The notes under the pieces: model-generated
Databases searched by the model: none
Seen by the model: only the letters and a program-made list of their open reading frames with translations
Told to the model about the DNA's origin: nothing
In this document: one piece after another, positions 46,724-55,755 of the stretch
Position numbering within the stretch: position 1 is the first letter of the stretch
How the letters are laid out: the number at the start of each line of letters is the position of its first letter
Made by a program: the position numbers and the translations under genes
Origin: Spirochaetaceae bacterium
GTDB taxonomy: Bacteria; Spirochaetota; Spirochaetia; DSM-27196; PWMO01
Direction: 5' to 3'
DNA: 64,000 bases
NCBI GenBank assembly: GCA_046541715.1
Contig: JBKHCS010000004.1
Span: forward strand, 2,486-66,485

Positions 46724-47802
46724 CTTTCGTCCTCCAGAGGATCGAATATATCACGAAGGCGCACGATGCGCTCCGGCGACTCACCGTAGACCAGCTCCCA
46801 AACCGCTTCGCTCTCCATGCAGAGATAGATCGGGGCGTCGAACCGCTCGGTGAGGGCTTCGAGGAGCTCACTGTAGATCTTCCGTCTTCGGCGCTGGAGG
46901 TAGCGGTACTTCCCGTCCCGGCCGGGAACGAACTCGTCGAAGAGGTAGCCCCGGTCCGGCATCCGGTCCCGGAGAGCCGGGGTAAAGCGAATGGTACCGA
47001 GGCTAATCCAGGCAACCGCCGGCGACAATGGCTCGAGAAAGCGCACCAAATCCCGGTAGGCGTCTCTCCATCCCTCGACGGCGATAATCGGGTCGAAATG
47101 GAGGGCAAGGCGGTACCCGGCGCCGGATGCCCGGAGCGCGGCCGTTAAGCGGGCCTCCATCGGGGCCGCGGACCCCTGTTCGGCTGCGAGAAGCTCCGGG
47201 TTTACCGAGAAGCCGATGACCGCGTTCCCCTTCTCTTCGATGTCCAAGAGATGATCTACAGAGGCTGTCTTGGTCTTGAGCTCTAGGTGCACGTTTGGGA
47301 CCTCCGCAAGTCCCCGGATAAGGTCCCCGGAGATTCCGGTGAGGGAGTCGTAGAGAAGGCTGTCCCCCACCTCCCCGGTCCCTACCCGAAGGGGCCGGTT
47401 CGGATGCGCTCGGGCCGCTTCCCGAATGGCCCGGATCTCCTGCTCGAGGGCTGTGTTTATCGAGATCGGGGCAAAACTCAGATAGCTCCGCATGATGCAA
47501 TAGGAGCACCCGATAGGGCACCCTTCGTAGATGTCGACGGTGTGGTAGTTGCAGCAGCGGTGGCCCTTGGAGCCGGGGCAGGTGCCGAAGGTCGCCTGGG
47601 GCGCTTGGTGGAGGTAGATGGTCCGCATCGTGAGGTCCTCCGGGGGAATCTCGCTCTTATCGGCGATCCGGAACAGCGGAACCTCCGGGAGCGCCGCGAG
47701 CAGCCGGTCGGTGTAGACGGATTCCGCCGCAGCATCCTGGAGGTAGATCTTGGTAACCCGGTAGCTCCCGGAACCCGCAGCGAAAGCCTCAGAGAAGGTC
47801 AA
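46720..47802 (-). CDS. spore-photoproduct-lyase-like (SplB family) radical SAM protein
   Basis: GCPIGCSYC (CxxxCxxC) cluster motif about 90 aa from the N-terminus, and the length fits. TTG start with GGAGG 6 nt upstream. It overlaps the upstream gene by 14 nt. Confidence 0.8.
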   Translation of the reverse strand: MTFSEAFAAGSGSYRVTKIYLQDAAAESVYTDRLLAALPEVPLFRIADKSEIPPEDLTMRTIYLHQAPQATFGTCPGSKGHRCCNYHTVDIYEGCPIGCSYCIMRSYLSFAPISINTALEQEIRAIREAARAHPNRPLRVGTGEVGDSLLYDSLTGISGDLIRGLAEVPNVHLELKTKTASVDHLLDIEEKGNAVIGFSVNPELLAAEQGSAAPMEARLTAALRASGAGYRLALHFDPIIAVEGWRDAYRDLVRFLEPLSPAVAWISLGTIRFTPALRDRMPDRGYLFDEFVPGRDGKYRYLQRRRRKIYSELLEALTERFDAPIYLCMESEAVWELVYGESPERIVRLRDIFDPLEDER

Positions 47803-48733
47803 GGATGGCCTCCAGCCGTTCCCCGGCCCGGCCCAAGGCGGCGAGGCGGGCCGAGTACTCCCGAGAGTCGGCGAAGTCGAAGGAGACCGTGAATCGGCGC
47901 CCCTCGAAGTTCGGAGGAGCCTCGAGACGGACGCCGGTCCCCCTGAGATGCTCTTCGGTAAAACGGTTCAGCTGTCTGACCATGCCGGTGAGCTCCGGGT
48001 ACCGGAGAGCCCGGAGCTGCGAAAGGAGCTCCTCCGGCGCGTCGGCGGTGGCTTCGACCACCCGGATAAGCTCCCGGGGGTCGGAGCGCCGGGAGACCAG
48101 GAGCTCCCGGGCGATCAAGAGGAGTTTCCGCCGGTTGCTGTGGCTCAAGCCCTCTCCGGCGGACAAGAGCTTTCCGAGCACCTCGTCCCGGCGGTTGCCC
48201 TCGGTAGCCGGAGGGCTCAGGGCTTCGGCGGTCTTGAGGTCGATCGCTCCCCGGTCCAGGGCGCCCCGGAGAAGCGGGGGAAGGGCCCGGTAGCGCTCGA
48301 CCCGGAATACCAGGCCCCCGTCGCCGACGGCCGCCCGGCTTACCTCCGGATCGACATCGAGTGCGAAGCGCTCGCAGTAGGCGACGATACGGTGCATCTC
48401 CTCCCAGGAATAGCTGCCGGTGCGCCCCTCGAGAGCAAGGGCCAAGAGCAGCGCCTCCCGGGGGCCGAGGGGGCGCTCGTGGGCGTAGATCGAGTCTCCG
48501 CCCGATCCGGCGACCAACCGGAGAACAGGCCATCCCCAGACGACGACAGGGCCGGGCCCGGCCCCCCAGGCTCCGGCGGCTTCCTCGGAACAGTAGACCA
48601 CCGGCGGCAGGGTCTCCGGAGGCACCGGTGTCCCCGGATCCGCCGGTGTCCCCGGGACCGGCCCGGCGGCGGGCTCGAAGAGGTCGAGGACGGGTTCGGT
48701 TCCGGAAAACAAGGCCAACGGTAGCCGGGGCAT
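47789..48733 (-). CDS. hypothetical protein (314 aa), first gene of the SplB-like/FecR operon
   Basis: Clean frame among several Arg-rich alternative frames. It has a Pro-rich N-terminus containing an 18-bp repeat, and the C-terminal half looks helical. No motif recognised. Confidence 0.6.
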   Translation of the reverse strand: MPRLPLALFSGTEPVLDLFEPAAGPVPGTPADPGTPVPPETLPPVVYCSEEAAGAWGAGPGPVVVWGWPVLRLVAGSGGDSIYAHERPLGPREALLLALALEGRTGSYSWEEMHRIVAYCERFALDVDPEVSRAAVGDGGLVFRVERYRALPPLLRGALDRGAIDLKTAEALSPPATEGNRRDEVLGKLLSAGEGLSHSNRRKLLLIARELLVSRRSDPRELIRVVEATADAPEELLSQLRALRYPELTGMVRQLNRFTEEHLRGTGVRLEAPPNFEGRRFTVSFDFADSREYSARLAALGRAGERLEAILDLL

Positions 48734-48740
48734 CAGCGTT

Positions 48741-48770
48741 ACGGTAACAGTGGAGAGCGCAGGTTGACAA
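48741..48770 (-). promoter_or_regulatory. sigma70-like promoter, leaderless geometry, for the 314-aa gene
   Basis: TTGTCA-18-TACCGT on the minus strand, then 7 nt to ATG 48733. The -35 is the reverse complement of the hom -35 site. Confidence 0.35.
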
Positions 48771-48793
48771 CGGCTTTGTCGGAACCGTAGGAT
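48764..48793 (+). promoter_or_regulatory. sigma70-like promoter for hom-glgP
   Basis: TTGACA-18-TAGGAT. The -10 overlaps ATG 48792, which favours GTG 48825 (GGAG 8 nt upstream) as the start. Confidence 0.35.
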
Positions 48794-48824
48794 GACCCGC
48801 GTCTTACCCCATGGAGCAGATCAG

Positions 48825-50165
48825 GTGAAAAAATCACAGGTAGGTATTGCGCTGGTCGGTTGTGGAACCGTCGGCGGAGCCGTAGCAGAAATTTTGTTGA
48901 GAGACCGGGCGCTTTTGAAGACCAAGAGCGGCTTCGATCTCGTTATTCGTTACATCGTGGATCGCAACTTTACCTACGCGCGACATCTGCAACTCGACGA
49001 CACGCTCTTCGAAACGGACCTCGATCGGGCTTTGGAAGATGACGAGGTTTCGATCGTCGTCGAGTTAGTCGGCGGGACGACGAAGGCCAAAGAGATTATC
49101 GAGCAGGCGCTTCAGGCGAAAAAGCACGTCGTCACGGCGAACAAGGCTCTTCTGGCCCATCACGGCGTGGAGCTTCTGGCCCTCGCAAGAACGAACAAGG
49201 TGGCTATCGCCTTCGAGGCAAGCTGTGGAGGTGGTATCCCGATTCTCCGGGCGCTCTTCGACGGGCTGGTGGCCAACCGCATCGAGGCCCTCTACGGTAT
49301 CGTAAACGGTACCTGCAACTTTATCCTGACGGAGATGATCCAGAAGGGCGAGTCCTACTCCGAGGCGCTCTGGGGTGCCCAGAGCAAGGGCTTGGCGGAG
49401 GCGGACCCGACCCTCGACGTAACCGGGGTGGATTCGGCCCACAAGCTCGCGATTATGGCGGCTATCGCCTTCGGGCAAAGGGTCGACTTCGAGGCGATTC
49501 CCGTCGAAGGCATCGACGGCCTCGACAGTGACGACGTGCTCTACGCCGACGAGCTCGGGTACGTCGTCAAGCTGCTTGCCATCGGGACCCGGATGGGGGA
49601 CGGCATCGCCCTCCGGGTCCGGCCCGCCTTTATCTCCAAGGACCATCCGTTGGCCTGGGTTTCGGGACCATTCAACGCCGTAAGCGTCTACGGGCACGCC
49701 ACGGGCCATACGATGTACTACGGCCGGGGTGCAGGCGGGTCTCCTACCGCCGGCGCCGTCGTTGCGGATATCGCCGGACTCGCGGCGGGGTCGATCCAGA
49801 ACGTCTTTAAGCGGTACGGCTATTGGCCGGACAAGGTAAAGCAGCACAAGCAGATAGCCGTCGAGGAGACGGTAAACCGCTACTACCTTAGGGTGATGGT
49901 GGACGACACCCCCGGCGCCTTGGCCCGGATTACCACGATCCTCGGAAAACACGGTATCAACATCTCGAGCGTCCTCCAGGACGAGCTACCGAGCACGACA
50001 TCGGACCACGATTCCAAGCATTTTGTGCCGGTGGTCATCACCGTGCATCCCGCCAAGGAGAAGAACGTAGCGACCGCGGTGGCGGAAATCGACGCTCTCG
50101 ACGCAACCGACGGATCGAGTTCGGTAATAACCATTGTCGATGAGCACCCCGAAAGCCTAAGTTAG
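48825..50165 (+). CDS. hom: homoserine dehydrogenase with a C-terminal ACT domain
   Basis: IALVGCGTVGG NAD(P) motif, hom catalytic-domain similarity and an ACT-like tail (YYLRVMVDDTPGALARIT). ATG 48792 is the alternative start. Confidence 0.9.
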   Translation: MKKSQVGIALVGCGTVGGAVAEILLRDRALLKTKSGFDLVIRYIVDRNFTYARHLQLDDTLFETDLDRALEDDEVSIVVELVGGTTKAKEIIEQALQAKKHVVTANKALLAHHGVELLALARTNKVAIAFEASCGGGIPILRALFDGLVANRIEALYGIVNGTCNFILTEMIQKGESYSEALWGAQSKGLAEADPTLDVTGVDSAHKLAIMAAIAFGQRVDFEAIPVEGIDGLDSDDVLYADELGYVVKLLAIGTRMGDGIALRVRPAFISKDHPLAWVSGPFNAVSVYGHATGHTMYYGRGAGGSPTAGAVVADIAGLAAGSIQNVFKRYGYWPDKVKQHKQIAVEETVNRYYLRVMVDDTPGALARITTILGKHGINISSVLQDELPSTTSDHDSKHFVPVVITVHPAKEKNVATAVAEIDALDATDGSSSVITIVDEHPESLS

Positions 50166-50182
50166 TCGAAAAGAGAAAGCCT

Positions 50183-52723
50183 ATGAATGTACTACCCTAT
50201 ACCGTGCAGCCGAAGCTGCCGCCCCCCCTGGCGCCGTTACAGGACCTTGCCAGGAACCTCTGGGTTAGCTGGAATCACGATGCGGTCAACCTGTTTATCC
50301 GCCTCGACTACGATGCCTGGCTCCGTTCGGGTCAGAACCCCGTCCGGGTACTCGGCATGGTTTCCCAAGAACGGCTCCAGGTGCTCTCCCAGGACGACTC
50401 CTACCTTTCGGCCCTCGAACGGGTAGTCGCCCGGTTTGAGGAGTATCAATCTGGGGATGGGTGGTACCGGGGACCCCGGGACAAGACCATCGCCTATTTC
50501 TCGATGGAATACGGGTTGGACGTGAGCCTGCCCATCTATTCGGGAGGACTCGGCCTGCTTTCCGGGGATCATCTGAAGACCGCGTCGGATCTTGCCCTTC
50601 CATTGGTCGCCGTAGGGCTGCTTTACCGGCAAGGCTACTTCCAGCAGTACTTGAACGCCGACGGATACCAGCAGGAGTCCTACCCGGAGAACGACTGGTA
50701 CAACATGCCGGTTCGGCGGTGTCTCGACGCCGAGGGAAACGACGTCAAGATTGTCGTCGATATGGCCGGAAGCGCAGTTACCGCCCGGCTATGGGAGGTC
50801 ATGGTCGGCCGCATCTCCCTCTATCTCCTGGACACCAATATCGAGGAGAATTCAGCCGAGTTCCGGGACATCACCTCGACCCTTTACGGCGGCGACCGGG
50901 AGACCAGAATCCGTCAGGAGATTCTTCTCGGGATCGGCGGTATCCGGGCCCTCCGGGCCTTGGGAATCAACCCGGCCGTCGCGCACATGAACGAAGGACA
51001 TTCGGCCTTTCTCGCGATCGAGCGCGTCCGGGAGCACGTCGCCGAGCACGGCCTTAACCTGTCGGAAGCCGTGCAGGCCGTCTGGCCCACCAACATCTTT
51101 ACGACCCATACGCCGGTCCCTGCGGGAAACGAACGGTTTACCCCGGAGCTCATGCAGAAGTACTTCGAGAGCGTGGCCCAGGGTACCGGCCTGAGCTGGG
51201 AGCAGTTTATGGCCCTCGGCCGGGAGAACCCGGAGGATACCACCGAAAGCTTCTGCATGACGGTCTTGGCGCTAAAGCTCTCGGCCCACAATAACGGCGT
51301 CAGCCTCCTTCACGGCGAGGTAAGCCGGCAGATGTGGCGGAGCCTCTGGCCGGGGCTCCCGGAGTCTGAGATTCCGATCTCGAGTATAACAAACGGTGTC
51401 CATCCCCGGACTTATCTCTCGCAGGACATGCAGGAGCTCCTGGACCGCTACTTCGGAGCCCGTTTCTACGACGAGCCGGCGAACCTCGAAATTTGGGACC
51501 GGATACACCGGGTATCCGACGAGGAGCTTTGGAGAACCCACGAGCGCCGGAAAGCGCATCTAGTCGCCTTTTCGCGTGACCGACTGCGAAAGCAGTTGAG
51601 CCGCCGGGGACTTTCGGGGAACCGGCTCTTCCTGGCAAACGAGGTGCTCTCTCCGGACATTCTTACCATTAGCTTTGCCCGGCGCTTCGCGACCTACAAG
51701 CGGGCAACCCTGCTCTTCGACGACCCGGAGCGGCTGCTGCGGCTCCTCTCGAACGAAGAGCGGCCGGTGCAGCTTATCTTTGCCGGAAAGGCACACCCCC
51801 ACGACGATCCGGGGAAGAATCTTATCCGGGAGATCGTGCATTTCGCCGGGAAACCGGAGGTCCGGAGTCGAATCCTTTTTCTGGAAAACTACGACATTAC
51901 CATCGCCCGGCAGCTTGTCTCCGGAAGCGACCTCTGGATGAACACACCGAGACGGCCGATGGAGGCGAGCGGCACCAGCGGGATGAAGGCCGCCCTAAAC
52001 GGCGTCCTAAACTGCTCGACTCTCGACGGCTGGTGGGCCGAAGCGTACGCGCCGGAGCTCGGGTGGGCCATCGGTAACGGGGAGGAGTACGAGGATCCGG
52101 AGATCCAGAACGAAATCGAGAGCAAAGCGCTCTACGATCTATTGGAACGGGAAATCGTTCCGACCTACTACGACCGCGGCCGGGACGGCCTCCCCCGGGA
52201 ATGGCTCCGAATGATGAAGGCGTCGATAGCATACATGGGAGCGAACTTCGCGTCCCACCGGATGCTGGTCGACTACTACGACCGTTTCTACGAGCCCGCC
52301 CTCGGACACTTCGACCGCGTAACGGCCAACGGTTTCGCGAGAGCAAAGGACGTCGCCGGTTACGTCGACCGGATCAACGCCGCGTGGCACTCCCTTCGAT
52401 TCGATTACGTGCGGAAGACCGGGAGCGGTGAGATTCAGGTGGGAGACGCGGTAACCGTGGAGGCCGGGCTGCACTGCCCGGGGCTCTCGCCGGAGGACAT
52501 TACCGTAGAGGCCTTCTACGGCCGCCTCGACGCCCAGGGTGAGATCGTCGAGCCCGAACGGACTCCCCTTACCCCCGTCAACGCTTCGAAGGACCACAAG
52601 ATAGACTTCTCCGGGACCTTCGCCTGCCGGGTACCGGGACGCCAAGGTGTCGCGGTCCGAGTGCTTCCGAAGCATCCGGACCTGGTTCATCCCTTCCTTC
52701 CGGGACTCGTTCGCTGGGCCTAG
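50183..52723 (+). CDS. glgP: alpha-glucan phosphorylase (GlgP, TIGR02094-like)
   Basis: 846 aa with GGLGLLSGDHLK and EASGTSGMKAALNG (PLP lysine). Confidence 0.92.
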   Translation: MNVLPYTVQPKLPPPLAPLQDLARNLWVSWNHDAVNLFIRLDYDAWLRSGQNPVRVLGMVSQERLQVLSQDDSYLSALERVVARFEEYQSGDGWYRGPRDKTIAYFSMEYGLDVSLPIYSGGLGLLSGDHLKTASDLALPLVAVGLLYRQGYFQQYLNADGYQQESYPENDWYNMPVRRCLDAEGNDVKIVVDMAGSAVTARLWEVMVGRISLYLLDTNIEENSAEFRDITSTLYGGDRETRIRQEILLGIGGIRALRALGINPAVAHMNEGHSAFLAIERVREHVAEHGLNLSEAVQAVWPTNIFTTHTPVPAGNERFTPELMQKYFESVAQGTGLSWEQFMALGRENPEDTTESFCMTVLALKLSAHNNGVSLLHGEVSRQMWRSLWPGLPESEIPISSITNGVHPRTYLSQDMQELLDRYFGARFYDEPANLEIWDRIHRVSDEELWRTHERRKAHLVAFSRDRLRKQLSRRGLSGNRLFLANEVLSPDILTISFARRFATYKRATLLFDDPERLLRLLSNEERPVQLIFAGKAHPHDDPGKNLIREIVHFAGKPEVRSRILFLENYDITIARQLVSGSDLWMNTPRRPMEASGTSGMKAALNGVLNCSTLDGWWAEAYAPELGWAIGNGEEYEDPEIQNEIESKALYDLLEREIVPTYYDRGRDGLPREWLRMMKASIAYMGANFASHRMLVDYYDRFYEPALGHFDRVTANGFARAKDVAGYVDRINAAWHSLRFDYVRKTGSGEIQVGDAVTVEAGLHCPGLSPEDITVEAFYGRLDAQGEIVEPERTPLTPVNASKDHKIDFSGTFACRVPGRQGVAVRVLPKHPDLVHPFLPGLVRWA

Positions 52724-52749
52724 CGCCGGAGGCTTGTGTCCGAGCGCTC

Positions 52750-53457
52750 CTATCCGAGGCGTAGAATCGCCAAATGCGGGTCCAGGAGCACCAAGGGAAT
52801 AACGACGAGGAGCGCCGGGATAAAGTCTCCGGTGCGAATCTCCTTAACCCGGAGCAGGTTCAACCCTATCATCACCACCATGGCGCCCCCGACGCCGCTT
52901 ATCTCCGAAAGGAGAAGCGGCGTGACGATGGGGCGGATCCAGACCGCTAAGAGGGTCAGTCCTCCCTGGTAGACCACGATCGAGAGAGCCGAGAAGCCGA
53001 CCCCGATCCCCAGGGCGCTCGCCAGAAGAATGGACATAAAGCCGTCCATCACGGACTTTGTCAGGATAAGCTGATAGTCGCCTTCCGTGCCGGCCTGGAA
53101 GGCACCGACGATGGTCAAGGCACCGACGCAGTAGAGCACCGAGGCGGTAAGAAAGCCGTAGGCAAAATCCCCGGTACCCTCTTTGGAGGCAAAACGCCTC
53201 TTTAACCAGTTGCCGAGCTTGAGTATTCCGTTCTCGACGCCCCACCAGGTGCCGAGGAGGCCCCCGGAGACCAGCGCAAGGGCCAGGTAGAGTATTCGCT
53301 GGGTCTGAAGGGCCATCGAGATACCGATAATGACGGAGACAACGCCGATGCCGTTGTAGACCGTGTCCTGAAAGCTCTTAGCGAGGCGGCTGCCAATGAG
53401 CAGACCGAGGGCGGACCCCAGAACTACCGCGAGGGCGTTAACAACTGTTGCGACCAT
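52750..53457 (-). CDS. DUF554-family membrane protein
   Basis: 235 aa, polytopic, with an N-terminal VNALAVVLGSALG pattern typical of the YdfK/YqgA-like DUF554 family. Confidence 0.8.
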   Translation of the reverse strand: MVATVVNALAVVLGSALGLLIGSRLAKSFQDTVYNGIGVVSVIIGISMALQTQRILYLALALVSGGLLGTWWGVENGILKLGNWLKRRFASKEGTGDFAYGFLTASVLYCVGALTIVGAFQAGTEGDYQLILTKSVMDGFMSILLASALGIGVGFSALSIVVYQGGLTLLAVWIRPIVTPLLLSEISGVGGAMVVMIGLNLLRVKEIRTGDFIPALLVVIPLVLLDPHLAILRLG

Positions 53458-53464
53458 GCCGCGG

Positions 53465-53493
53465 ATTCTACCGGCAAACGGTCAAAGGGTAAA
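53465..53493 (-). promoter_or_regulatory. sigma70-like promoter, leaderless geometry, for the DUF554 gene
   Basis: TTTACC-17-TAGAAT on the minus strand, then 7 nt to ATG 53457. Confidence 0.35.
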
Positions 53494-53507
53494 TCGGCGT
53501 CTTAAGC

Positions 53508-53536
53508 TTGACCGACTCACCGCCGGTGAGTAGGCT
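53508..53536 (+). promoter_or_regulatory. sigma70-like promoter with a palindrome in the spacer
   Basis: TTGACC-17-TAGGCT, 15 nt before ATG 53552. The spacer contains CTCACC gcc GGTGAG (53516-53530). Confidence 0.3.
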
Positions 53537-53551
53537 CTACTTCACAACCGC

Positions 53552-54010
53552 ATGGAACAGCAGAAATCAGCCCGCCGATACCCCGGGGCCCTGATGAGCC
53601 TCGTCGTTTTTCTTCTTTCGTCTCTTGTTCTCGGATGCTCCACGGTTCCGGAAGAGGTGCCCGAAGGTCTTTCTCAGATGGAGATCTTCCAGCTCGCCCA
53701 GGAAGCGTCGGAGAACGATAGGTGGGAGGTTACGAGGCACTACTACGAGACCTTCTTGGAGCGCTTTCCGGAAGACTGGCCCAATCGCATCGCCGCGCGG
53801 TACGAGATTGCCTTTACCTACTACAAAGAAGGGGACCTCGATACGGCAGAGCGCTTATTTCAAGACGTCCTGGCCGCCTACGAGGACCCGGACGATGAAC
53901 GACCACTCCCGGCGTGGCCCCGGGTTCTCTCTGAACGGCTCTTGGAGCAGATCGAAGAAGAACGGAATCTCCCCCGGGCTCGGATGTTCGGCTCCCCGCC
54001 CCGGGAGTAA
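53552..54010 (+). CDS. TPR-like lipoprotein (BamD/YfiO-like fold suspected)
   Basis: Signal with a VLGC lipobox, followed by helical repeats (RHYYETFLERFP..., AFTYYKEGDLDTAERLF). Confidence 0.65.
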   Translation: MEQQKSARRYPGALMSLVVFLLSSLVLGCSTVPEEVPEGLSQMEIFQLAQEASENDRWEVTRHYYETFLERFPEDWPNRIAARYEIAFTYYKEGDLDTAERLFQDVLAAYEDPDDERPLPAWPRVLSERLLEQIEEERNLPRARMFGSPPRE

Positions 54011-54017
54011 CGGACTG

Positions 54018-55130
54018 TCAGTGGGGCAGAATTATCGTGTTAAGCCTAACGTTATGCTCCCGGGCCGCTTCGTAGACCATTTCTTCGGTCACTGCGCCCC
54101 GGGGACGCGCGTGGGGCGGGGCGTCGCCCACTAGAATGACCAGACGGTTCTCCGCCACCCAGGGAAAGTTGACCACCGCCGCGTAGAGGGCTTCGTGGAC
54201 CGCCTCGGGAATGTCCCGCCCCCCGGCCACCCGGAGGCCGTCGATTGCCCGCTGGACCACCGAAAGGTCGTTCTGGAAGGCGACGGTTCGGGTAAGGTAG
54301 TCCTCCATGTAGTCCTTGTAGTAGACAATCCCGATCCGGAAGCGCTCAAAGCCTTCCAATGTGCTTTGGAGCAGGGGAACGAGGCTACGCCGGAGCGCCG
54401 GTACGTCGTTTTCCATGCTCTGGGTCGAATCGAGCGCTAAGACCAGGTCGATATTTCCTCCTTCCACCCCGGCGATAATCTCCCCGATTTGATCGACCAG
54501 GTCTTCTTCCCCTTCGGAGTACCGGACCACACCGTCGCTCGCCCGGGCAATGTCCTCGTAGCTTCTCGCCGTATCCGGCATGTAACGTTCGTCCAAGGGC
54601 GTTTCCGGGGTTACCTCCATCGGCGCCTGGGTAACCCGGAGAACGAAGGGGTTATCCAGGAAGGCACCGGCGTAGCTCGCGTGGGTCGCCTCGAAGGTGC
54701 GCACGTTCAGGTATGCGCCGTCGACGATCAGCCGCTCCCCCTGCCGGGACCAGGGATAGCCGTATTCCACCACGTAGGGGACAAAGACGTGGAACGCCTT
54801 CCCGAGGTCCGGGTCCGGGGCTGGGGTCGAATCGACGAGAAAGTGCATCTCCGGCGGAAGAAACTCACCGTTCAGAACCCGCCGTTCCTCTCCGTTCAAA
54901 GGGTGAAACGTCGGGTTTCGAAAGGCGTAGGTTGCGACTTCCCGCTCCGGGTCCTCGGTGGATTCGGTAACCAAGACCGAGTTGACCCCCGGCTTCTGCC
55001 GGATTCGCAAAAGGTAGCCCCCTTCGAGGCTCTGCTCGATAATCAGATCCTCCGGTCCGAGAGAAAGATCCACCGGAAACACGGCGGATGCCAGTAGGAC
55101 AAATGCCACGAAAAACGCCGATCCTTTCAC
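54018..55130 (-). CDS. secreted von Willebrand factor A-domain protein
   Basis: Signal peptide, then an N-terminal domain of about 200 aa with unknown function, then vWA with the MIDAS motif LDSTQSM and ...VILVGDAPPH. GTG start. Confidence 0.8.
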   Translation of the reverse strand: MKGSAFFVAFVLLASAVFPVDLSLGPEDLIIEQSLEGGYLLRIRQKPGVNSVLVTESTEDPEREVATYAFRNPTFHPLNGEERRVLNGEFLPPEMHFLVDSTPAPDPDLGKAFHVFVPYVVEYGYPWSRQGERLIVDGAYLNVRTFEATHASYAGAFLDNPFVLRVTQAPMEVTPETPLDERYMPDTARSYEDIARASDGVVRYSEGEEDLVDQIGEIIAGVEGGNIDLVLALDSTQSMENDVPALRRSLVPLLQSTLEGFERFRIGIVYYKDYMEDYLTRTVAFQNDLSVVQRAIDGLRVAGGRDIPEAVHEALYAAVVNFPWVAENRLVILVGDAPPHARPRGAVTEEMVYEAAREHNVRLNTIILPH

Positions 55131-55167
55131 GTCTTTAAGTATCGACGGGATATCGAGGCCGGTTTAG

Positions 55168-55755
55168 CTACTGCCCGGTCAGAAAGACCGCCGGAAGGGG
55201 CGACTGACCGGGCCCGAGGGATCGGCTAAAGAAGGAAACCCGGTCGGCTAGTCCTCCGAAGAGACCGCAGGGGTCGTCCAAGAAGACCGTCGAGTTGACG
55301 AAGAGGCTCCACCCGTCGGGAGATTCGTAGAGAAAGACCTCTTCGTCGACGTTCCGACGAAGAGCAAAGGAACCGCAGTCTACCGTTTCCCAGCCGTCCA
55401 CCCCGAATACCTCGTCCCGGGTAAAGTAGACCTCCAGACGGTTCTCGTCGAGCTCGTAGAGGGCGTAGGAGAAGGAAATGACGTTCGGCGGCAGAAAGGA
55501 AAGTCCCTTCCCGTCTACGGGGCCGCTCAAGAGTATGCCGGCCTCGGGAGGGGGTGGCGGGGGTGTCGGAAGGGCTCCGTCGTAGGAGGGGGGGCGGGGC
55601 GCTTCGCCGAAGCCGTCGGGGTCGCCGCCGGCGCCGCACCCCGGGATGACGGCGAGGGTAAAGAGACAGAGAAGAACCCCGGCGAGCTTCGAGGCGCGTC
55701 GGGATGCGTTATTCGACGGTAACGCTCTTGGCAAGGTTCCGCGGTTGGTCGACAT
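55168..55755 (-). CDS. lipoprotein (about 190 aa)
   Basis: KLAGVLLCLFTLAVIPGC signal and lipobox-like sequence, followed by a Pro-rich linker. The start (ATG 55755 or TTG 55734) lies inside the glmS 3' end. Confidence 0.55.
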   Translation of the reverse strand: MSTNRGTLPRALPSNNASRRASKLAGVLLCLFTLAVIPGCGAGGDPDGFGEAPRPPSYDGALPTPPPPPPEAGILLSGPVDGKGLSFLPPNVISFSYALYELDENRLEVYFTRDEVFGVDGWETVDCGSFALRRNVDEEVFLYESPDGWSLFVNSTVFLDDPCGLFGGLADRVSFFSRSLGPGQSPLPAVFLTGQ

